From Geotalea daltonii FRC-32 (GTDB lineage: Bacteria; Desulfobacterota; Desulfuromonadia; Geobacterales; Geobacteraceae), in NCBI RefSeq assembly GCF_000022265.1, contig NC_011979.1, forward strand, positions 3,000,001 to 3,032,000: 32,000 bases of DNA. Reading direction: 5' to 3'. Of this stretch, positions 25,431 through 32,000 are shown in pieces; the stretch's first letter is position 1; the number at the start of each line of letters is the position of its first letter. Both the position numbers and the translations under genes were made by a program. The notes under the pieces were generated by a model. The model searched no databases, was not told where the DNA came from, and saw only the letters and a program-made list of their open reading frames with translations.

Positions 25431-28043
25431 ATGTCTCAAATCACCCCCATGATGCGGCAGTATCTGGAAATAAAGGCCGACTACCCCGACGCGGTCCTTT
25501 TTTTTCGCCTTGGCGACTTCTACGAGATGTTTCTGGACGATGCCGTCAAGGCATCGCGTATTCTGGACATCACCCTGACCTCCCGCAACAAGAACTCCGA
25601 TGGCGCCGACGTCCCCCTGTGCGGCATTCCCTATCATTCAGCCGGTCCATACATAACGAAACTCATCGAAGCTGGCGAAAAGGTAGCCATTTGCGAGCAG
25701 GTTGAGGACCCCAAGAGCGCCAAGGGGATCGTCCGCCGCGAAGTGGTGAAGGTGATAACACCCGGTCTGGTTGTGGATGGTTCCAGCTTGTCCCCCAAGG
25801 ACAACAATTACCTCTTGTCCATCCACAACGATGACGGCAACCGCTGGGGGCTTTCTTACCTGGATCTCTCCACCGGAGAATTCCGACTCACCGAACTGGA
25901 TAGCCTTGATGCAGTCGTTGCCGAGATTGCCTGCGTCGGCCCCAGGGAGATCCTGCTGCCGTCATTTTTTCGCGATAACGGCAAAATGAAGGAACTGGCC
26001 CGTGCCACTGCTGGTCTGGTAGTTACCCACGTGGAAGACTGGGTGTATGACCATGAATATTGTCGGCGGCTTCTGGCCGGTCATTTCGCCGGTGCCTCAC
26101 CGTCGTCCCTGGGATGTGACGGCCTGGTGAGCGGTCTGTATGCAGTGGGTGCGGTCCTCCATTACCTTCAGGAAACCCAGAAAGGAAAAGCGGCCCATGT
26201 CACTTCAATCAAGGCCTATACCAACGCCGAGCATCTGCTCCTGGACGAGGCTACCCGAAGAAACCTGGAGTTGACTGCCACCCTTGCCGAAGGAAAACGC
26301 AAGGGTTCTTTGCTCGGGCTCATGGACAGGACAACGACGGCCATGGGGGGGAGAAAGATAAAGCAGTGGATTAATTATCCATTAGTAACTAATCGAGGTA
26401 TAACGGATCGGCAGGATGCGGTTGAGGCTTTGCTGCAAGACGCTGGCTCCCGTGCCGAGATTGCCGCCCTTTTAAATGGCGTCTATGATCTTGAAAGGTT
26501 GAACGGGCGGATAAGCCTGGCCAGTGCCGGGGCCAAGGATCTGGTAGCCATGAAGGATTCACTGGCTAGAATTCCTGCAATCAAGGAGGTGCTTGTCGCA
26601 TTTTCTTCCAATCTGCTGGCAGGGCTGAACGAGGGCCTGAATCCATTGCCTGAGCTGATAGAGCTGATCGAGCGGGGTATCGTCGAAAACCCTCCCTTCG
26701 TACTGCGTGAGGGAGGTATCATCGCCGACGGTTACAACGCCGAACTGGATGAGCTGAGGGCCATCAGTCGTGAAGGGAAGGGCTTTATCGCCAGACTTGA
26801 GGCCCAGGAAAAAAAGCGCACCGGCATCAGTTCCCTGAAAATACGCTACAACAAGGTCTTTGGTTATTACATCGAGGTCACCAGGACCAACCTTGATTCC
26901 ATTCCTGCCGATTACATCCGCAAGCAGACCCTTGCCAATGCGGAGCGGTATATAACGCCCGAGTTGAAAGAGTATGAAGACAAGGTCCTGGGGGCGGAAG
27001 ACCGGATCCGTGATCTTGAATTTTCCCTCTTTCAGGAGATCAGGGAGGCTGCGGCCGGTCATGGGAACCTCATCGCCCGTACCGCCGATTGCCTGGCAAC
27101 GGTGGACGTGCTTGTATCCCTGGCAGAGCTGGCCCATGAGAACAACTACTGCCGGCCAAAGGTGGATGACGGTACCAACCTGGCCATCGTTGATGGGCGG
27201 CACCCGGTCATAGAGGCCCTTAACCAGGGAGAGCGTTTCGTCCCCAACGACACACTGCTGGACAATGACGAAAACCAGATCATCGTCATCACCGGACCCA
27301 ACATGGCAGGCAAATCCACCTTCATGCGTCAGGTGGCCCTGATCGTCCTCATGGCCCACATGGGAAGCTTCGTGCCTGCGACAGAAGCACGAATAGGAAT
27401 GGTTGACCGCATTTTTACCAGGGTCGGCGCTTCAGACAACCTGGCCCGCGGCCAGTCCACGTTCATGGTGGAAATGATGGAGGCGGCCAATATTCTGCGT
27501 AACGCCACGCCGAAAAGCCTGGTGATACTTGACGAGATCGGCCGTGGTACTTCCACCTTCGACGGGGTTTCCATAGCCTGGGCCGTGGCCGAATATCTTC
27601 ACGATAATGGAGAGCATGCGGCAAAGACCCTCTTTGCCACCCATTACCATGAGTTGACCGAACTGTCGGTGACACGGAGGCGGATCAAAAACTTCAATAT
27701 TGCGGTAAAGGAGTGGAACGAGCAGATCATCTTCCTGCGCAAGATCGTACCTGGTGGCGCTTCCCATTCATACGGCATTCAGGTGGCGAGACTGGCGGGG
27801 CTTCCCCTGGAAGTTATTGAGCGGGCAAAGGAGATACTGGTCAATCTCGAAAAAGGGGAGTATGCCGAAGAAGGTATTCCTCGTATTGCCCGGGAGAAAA
27901 AGGCCACTGTACCTACTTCCCAGCTTTCACTGTTTCAAAACACCGAAGACCTGCTGCGCAAGAGGTTGCTATCTATTGATGTGGCGACACTGACTCCTCT
28001 TGAAGCGCTTAACCTGCTGGACGAACTTAAAAGGATGGCATGA
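25431..28043 (+). CDS. mutS: DNA mismatch repair protein MutS
   Basis: ORF track 25398..28043. ATG at 25431 ([34 protein letters not shown], the canonical MutS N-terminus). Walker [28 protein letters not shown]. Confidence 0.97.
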   Translation: MSQITPMMRQYLEIKADYPDAVLFFRLGDFYEMFLDDAVKASRILDITLTSRNKNSDGADVPLCGIPYHSAGPYITKLIEAGEKVAICEQVEDPKSAKGIVRREVVKVITPGLVVDGSSLSPKDNNYLLSIHNDDGNRWGLSYLDLSTGEFRLTELDSLDAVVAEIACVGPREILLPSFFRDNGKMKELARATAGLVVTHVEDWVYDHEYCRRLLAGHFAGASPSSLGCDGLVSGLYAVGAVLHYLQETQKGKAAHVTSIKAYTNAEHLLLDEATRRNLELTATLAEGKRKGSLLGLMDRTTTAMGGRKIKQWINYPLVTNRGITDRQDAVEALLQDAGSRAEIAALLNGVYDLERLNGRISLASAGAKDLVAMKDSLARIPAIKEVLVAFSSNLLAGLNEGLNPLPELIELIERGIVENPPFVLREGGIIADGYNAELDELRAISREGKGFIARLEAQEKKRTGISSLKIRYNKVFGYYIEVTRTNLDSIPADYIRKQTLANAERYITPELKEYEDKVLGAEDRIRDLEFSLFQEIREAAAGHGNLIARTADCLATVDVLVSLAELAHENNYCRPKVDDGTNLAIVDGRHPVIEALNQGERFVPNDTLLDNDENQIIVITGPNMAGKSTFMRQVALIVLMAHMGSFVPATEARIGMVDRIFTRVGASDNLARGQSTFMVEMMEAANILRNATPKSLVILDEIGRGTSTFDGVSIAWAVAEYLHDNGEHAAKTLFATHYHELTELSVTRRRIKNFNIAVKEWNEQIIFLRKIVPGGASHSYGIQVARLAGLPLEVIERAKEILVNLEKGEYAEEGIPRIAREKKATVPTSQLSLFQNTEDLLRKRLLSIDVATLTPLEALNLLDELKRMA

Positions 28044-28047
28044 AAAA

Positions 28048-29445
28048 ATGCGAAGGATTCTGATTTTTTCCTGGATAACGATAGTTGCAGTTTTCTTCTT
28101 TTCCACAATACCTTCACGGGCAGAAGAGGGTACCACCGCCAAAACGGCTAAGCATGCCAAAAAAGCCAGCAAAAAAGTGAATGCAAAGCTGAAAGAAAAG
28201 CAGAAAGAAAAGAAAAAGTCAGGCAAGAAGGACTCTGGCAAGAAGAAAGGCTCTGGCAAGAAGAAGACCAAACAGGAGACTGCCGCACACAAGCCTGTCG
28301 TTACCAAGGCTGAAGAGCCGGAACCGGCTGCAGTGGTCACTGAAATCCGCCACTGGTCCAATCCTGACTATACCCGTATTGCCGTCACCCTCGATCGGGA
28401 AGCCAGATTTGAGTATCACAAGATTCCCGCCACCGGTGACGCGGGCGCACCGCGGGTTTACATCGACATCACGGATGCCCGTCTGGACCCCGGCGTCAAG
28501 GATCACCCCATCGGAGACGGACTGCTGAAGACAGCTCGCGTTGCCCAGTACAAAGCCGATGTGGTCCGGGTAGTTCTGGATCTGGACAGCATCAAGGACT
28601 ACAAGATCTTCACCTTTTCCAATCCTTTTCGCATTATTATCGATGTTAAGGGTGATCGCAAACCGGAAATCTCGGCCATAAAAGAGACCATTCAGGAAGC
28701 GCCTCCCATGGCCGAGGCAGCGAAGGTTTCGGCTGTGGAAGAAAAAAATCTTCCGGCAAAGAAGGGGAAACCGGGCAAAATCCGCAGGATCGTGGTCGAT
28801 CCCGGACACGGCGGCCATGACCCGGGTGCTGTCGGTGCCGGTGGTACCAGGGAAAAGGACGTCGTGCTGCAGATCGGGCTGAAGCTCGCCCAAAAGTTGA
28901 AGGAGGAGCTTGGACTTGACGTTGTCATGACCCGTTCCACCGATGTTTTCATCGAGCTGCAGGAGCGCACCGCCATCGCCAACAAGGTCGGAGCCGACCT
29001 CTTCGTTTCGGTGCATGCCAATGCCTCCTTGAATCGAAATGCAAGTGGCATGGAAACTTACTATTTAAACCTGGCCAAGACAGAAAAGGCTGCCCAGCTT
29101 GCAGCCAAGGAAAACGGCACCTCACTTGAAAAAGTAAGCCTGCTTCAAGCTGTGCTCTTCGACCTGATGGCCAACTATAAACTGAACGATTCGGCTCACC
29201 TTGCAGACGAGGTGCAGAAGGCTGCCTATGGGAAAGCCAACGGCTTGTTCCCCATGAAGAATCTGGGGGTAAAGCAAGGTCCCTTTTATGTTCTGGTGGG
29301 GGCAACGATGCCGAGCATCTTGGTGGAGGCCGCTTTCCTCAGCAACGAGCGGGAAGAGGAACGCCTGAAGGATGCACGCTATCAGGAAACAGTGGCCGAA
29401 GGAATAATGGCAGGAATCAAAGGCTACATCTCAAGCCTCAAATAA
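28048..29445 (+). CDS. N-acetylmuramoyl-L-alanine amidase (AMIN domain + Amidase_3; AmiB/AmiC-like)
   Basis: ORF track 28000..29445. The ATG at 28048 lies 5 nt after the mutS stop. Signal peptide MRRILIFSWITIVAVFFFSTIPSRA, then a Lys-rich linker. AMIN-like IRHWSNPDYTRIAVTLD...VRVVLDL...FRIIIDV. Amidase_3 motifs VVDPGHGGHDPGAVG, SVHANA, METYY, LVEAAFLSN. Confidence 0.9.
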   Translation: MRRILIFSWITIVAVFFFSTIPSRAEEGTTAKTAKHAKKASKKVNAKLKEKQKEKKKSGKKDSGKKKGSGKKKTKQETAAHKPVVTKAEEPEPAAVVTEIRHWSNPDYTRIAVTLDREARFEYHKIPATGDAGAPRVYIDITDARLDPGVKDHPIGDGLLKTARVAQYKADVVRVVLDLDSIKDYKIFTFSNPFRIIIDVKGDRKPEISAIKETIQEAPPMAEAAKVSAVEEKNLPAKKGKPGKIRRIVVDPGHGGHDPGAVGAGGTREKDVVLQIGLKLAQKLKEELGLDVVMTRSTDVFIELQERTAIANKVGADLFVSVHANASLNRNASGMETYYLNLAKTEKAAQLAAKENGTSLEKVSLLQAVLFDLMANYKLNDSAHLADEVQKAAYGKANGLFPMKNLGVKQGPFYVLVGATMPSILVEAAFLSNEREEERLKDARYQETVAEGIMAGIKGYISSLK

Positions 29446-29487
29446 ATAAGCACGGCGTATTTATCCAATACAATCCTGCGGGGCGCA

Positions 29488-32000
29488 ATGGAATATCAAA
29501 TCGATCATTATTTTCCGGAAATGGGCAAAAAGGGCCACGGCTCATTCGAGGAGATGCGTCCGGTTCTACTGTCGGCAAGCAAGGAGTATCTCGGCTATTA
29601 TCGCGAACAGATAAAGGAACGGCATCGTGCCGGAGAGTCCGGCGAATGGGTGGTAAAAGCAATTACCGCCATGACCGATACCCTTATCCGCAAGCTTTTT
29701 CTCAGCATCACCAACTGGCTGGACAACTATAAACAGGCCAGGGAGCAACTTACCCTGGTTGCTGTGGGCGGTTACGGCCGTGGCGAGCTCAATCCCTATT
29801 CTGACATAGATCTGATGTTCCTCCACGGGGGCAAGGATCCCCAGAGAATCGAAGATATCGCCCAGAAGCTTCTTTATTTTCTCTGGGACATGCGCCTCGA
29901 TGTTGGATATTCGGTGCGCACCCTCAACGATTGCATTGAGATGTCCAATGCTGATACCACCGTCAAAACAGCTATGCTCGACGGCCGCTTCATAATCGGC
30001 AGCAGGTTGCTTTTCCAGGCTTTTCAAAAAACGATGCTGACCCAGATACTGGCCAAGAGAAGCGATGCCTTTATCAGGGAGAAACTGGACGAGCTGAAGA
30101 AACGTCGTGATAAATATGGGTCGAGCATTTACATTCTTGAGCCCAACATCAAGGAAGGGGAGGGATGTCTGCGGGATCTGCATACGGCAATCTGGGTCGC
30201 GAAGATCAAGTACAAGATCGATGATCCCCGTGAGCTGATCGTCAAGGGGGTGCTGTCCGAAGAAGAACTTGCCGTTTACAACGCTTCGCTCTCCTATCTG
30301 TGGCGGATACGGAATGAAATGCATTATCTCGCCGGGCGCAAGAACGATCAGCTGACCTTCGACAGCCAGACCAACCTTGCCCAGTTCTTCGGCTACAAGG
30401 ACCGGGGAAAGGTCTTGGCGGTAGAAGATTTCATGCGCGATTTTTATCTCCATGCAACAAGGGTCGAGCATTTTTCATCTCTGGTAATAACAAAGTGTGC
30501 ATTGCGTGAGGATGGCCCACTCAAGATACTGGGCTACTTCACCCGCCGCCCCGTGGGAGAAGGCTTCTATGTGCTGAAAGGAGAGTTGGTGATCCCCGAT
30601 GAGACGATCATCGAAAAGGACCCGGCCCGCCTGATGAAGCTTTTCGAATACGCCCAGAAGCACAGCGTATCCCTGAACATCAAGGTAAAGGCATTGGTAA
30701 GGAGAAGCCTGGACCTGGTTAATGACAAATTCCGCCGTTCGAAAGATGTTAACAGCTCATTTTTTGCCATCCTTCGCTCGGAAAAGGGGGTTGCTGAAAC
30801 ACTGAAACTGATGCACCACCTGGAGTTTCTCAACGTGTTCCTCCCGGAATTCGAGAGGATCTACTGCAAGGTTCAGCACGACATCTACCACATTTATACG
30901 GTTGATATCCATTCCCTGTTCTGCGTTGAGGAGATTGTAAAACTTTGGAGAGGCGAGCACCGGGAGGATCTGCCGCTGCTTACACAGCTTGCCTGCGAAG
31001 TGGACAAGCGGGAGTTGCTTCTTCTTGCCGTGCTGCTCCACGATGTGGGCAAGGGGGAAGGTGGAGGCCATGCGGAAAAGGGGGCTGACCTGTCCCGGAC
31101 CATTGCCCGCCGTATGGGGCTCAGCAAGGAGGACAGCGAACGTCTCGATTTTCTGATCAGAAACCACCTGCTTTTCGCCCATATTGCCCAGCGACGTGAC
31201 CTGCACGACGAGAAGATGATCATCGAGTTTGCCCGACAGATGGGTAAGAGCGAAAACCTGAAAATGCTCTATCTCCTGACCTATGCCGATATAAAGGGAG
31301 TGGGGCCCGAGGTTTGGACCGAATGGAAGGCCCTGCTTCTGCAGGAACTGTATGAAAAGGCTTTCCAGGTTCTGGAGCGTGGTGACTTCGAGTTTGAGGC
31401 CAGCAGTGAACGGGTGAAGAAGGTCAAGCGGCAGGTTCTTGAAATCATAGATGACGAATATCCTGCTACTGTCGTAAAAGATGAACTCAAAGCGCTTACG
31501 ACGAGGCATGTCCTTTCCAATGCTCCCCCGGTAATTGCCGACCACGTGCGAATTCTCCTGCAACTTGAAGAAAAACCGCTGGTGCTGAAAGTATCCCATG
31601 AAATAGACAGGGGGTTTTCCAGCTTCACCATCTGCACCTTTGATACCCCAGGCCTCTTTTCCATGATAACGGGGGTTATGGCGGCAAACGGCATGAACAT
31701 TCTCGGAGCGCACATCCTGACCAATCTCAACGGCAAGGTGCTGGACGTGCTGCAGGTCAATTCTCCCCAAGGCTTTGTCATAACAGATGAGGCGCGCTGG
31801 CAGAGGGTTGAGGACGACATGCGCCAGGTTCTTGAAGGTAAGACAAAGATCGCTGCCCTGGTTAAAAAACGGCACCGGGCCGCCTTCCTTGCTGAAAAGG
31901 CAAAACCGAAGTTTCCCACCAGGGTCGAGATCGACAACGAGGTTTCCGCGGATTACACGGTTATCGACATCTATACCCACGATAAGGTGGGACTCCTCTA
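29488..32000 (+). CDS. glnD: [Protein-PII] uridylyltransferase / uridylyl-removing enzyme GlnD (5' partial, runs off the window)
   Basis: It is not in the ORF track because no stop falls in the window. Frame 1 is open from the ATG at 29488 (MEYQIDHYFPEMGKK...). NTase motif VAVGGYGRGELNPYSDIDLMFLH. HD domain QHDIYHIYTVDIHSL...LLLAVLLHDVGKG. An ACT-like region comes near the end (FTICTFDTPGLFSMITGVMAANGMNILGAHI). Confidence 0.93.
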   Translation, partial: MEYQIDHYFPEMGKKGHGSFEEMRPVLLSASKEYLGYYREQIKERHRAGESGEWVVKAITAMTDTLIRKLFLSITNWLDNYKQAREQLTLVAVGGYGRGELNPYSDIDLMFLHGGKDPQRIEDIAQKLLYFLWDMRLDVGYSVRTLNDCIEMSNADTTVKTAMLDGRFIIGSRLLFQAFQKTMLTQILAKRSDAFIREKLDELKKRRDKYGSSIYILEPNIKEGEGCLRDLHTAIWVAKIKYKIDDPRELIVKGVLSEEELAVYNASLSYLWRIRNEMHYLAGRKNDQLTFDSQTNLAQFFGYKDRGKVLAVEDFMRDFYLHATRVEHFSSLVITKCALREDGPLKILGYFTRRPVGEGFYVLKGELVIPDETIIEKDPARLMKLFEYAQKHSVSLNIKVKALVRRSLDLVNDKFRRSKDVNSSFFAILRSEKGVAETLKLMHHLEFLNVFLPEFERIYCKVQHDIYHIYTVDIHSLFCVEEIVKLWRGEHREDLPLLTQLACEVDKRELLLLAVLLHDVGKGEGGGHAEKGADLSRTIARRMGLSKEDSERLDFLIRNHLLFAHIAQRRDLHDEKMIIEFARQMGKSENLKMLYLLTYADIKGVGPEVWTEWKALLLQELYEKAFQVLERGDFEFEASSERVKKVKRQVLEIIDDEYPATVVKDELKALTTRHVLSNAPPVIADHVRILLQLEEKPLVLKVSHEIDRGFSSFTICTFDTPGLFSMITGVMAANGMNILGAHILTNLNGKVLDVLQVNSPQGFVITDEARWQRVEDDMRQVLEGKTKIAALVKKRHRAAFLAEKAKPKFPTRVEIDNEVSADYTVIDIYTHDKVGLL

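Noticed and set aside
26559-27359. 266-aa ORF antisense to mutS (and the smaller ones at 27329-27767)
   Set aside because: It lies inside an unambiguous MutS coding region and has no motifs of its own.
28219-29016. 265-aa ORF antisense to the amidase gene
   Set aside because: Shadow ORF. The plus-strand frame has the signal peptide, AMIN and Amidase_3 motifs.
29566-31980. Two long minus-strand ORFs (301 aa and 407 aa) that are the only large ORFs listed for this region
   Set aside because: The real gene is plus-strand glnD. It is absent from the track only because it has no stop inside the window. The plus frame is open from 29488 to 32000 and shows the NTase GGYGRGEL, HD and ACT signatures.
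1-32000. Scan for CRISPR arrays, IS/transposase or integrase genes, phage modules, toxin-antitoxin pairs or known defence genes
   Set aside because: No regularly spaced repeats were seen beyond the short tandem duplications listed above. No DDE or tyrosine-recombinase motifs, or nuclease/ATPase combinations typical of defence systems, were seen in any listed ORF.

Overview
This looks like an ordinary chromosomal window from a moderately GC-rich Gram-negative bacterium. The protein repertoire and the sigma54-type motifs suggest Desulfuromonadales/Geobacter, but that placement is inference only. I can support 29 protein-coding genes. The recognisable ones are a sensor kinase/response regulator pair, yggU, a DUF1579 protein, pssA, an AIM24-family protein, cstA, a DEAD-box helicase (rhlE-like), an NlpC/P60 endopeptidase and a DJ-1/PfpI protein. 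Further along are a lipase lipoprotein, a DUF3015 + DUF4105 pair, an FkbM methyltransferase, yaiI, srkA/yihE, an MscS-type channel and a 45-aa entericidin-like lipoprotein that is missing from the ORF track. The window ends with an SNase-like nuclease, mutS, an AMIN-domain cell-wall amidase and the 5' ~2.5 kb of glnD, which runs off the end. I saw no rRNA, tRNA, CRISPR array, transposase, integrase or phage gene, and I cannot point to a recognisable defence island. All the very long ORFs antisense to cstA, rhlE, mutS, the amidase and glnD are shadow ORFs. Five things deserve a second look. (1) A lower-GC, translationally coupled three-gene cluster at 4684-6952 (a zinc-ribbon membrane protein plus two secreted TPR-like proteins) that I cannot place in any family. 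(2) A structured 5' leader with a GNRA hairpin and an intrinsic terminator upstream of the NlpC/P60 gene, partly reminiscent of GEMM-I cyclic-dinucleotide riboswitches. (3) A 38-bp tandem duplication carrying two sigma54-like -24/-12 motifs directly after an unusual REC-wHTH regulator. (4) The block at 7843-9652: a small protein, a zinc-ribbon-AIM24 fusion and an orphan membrane ORF. (5) The lipase/DUF3015/DUF4105-barrel envelope cluster. All family assignments come from motif recognition by eye and need HMM or structure searches to confirm.
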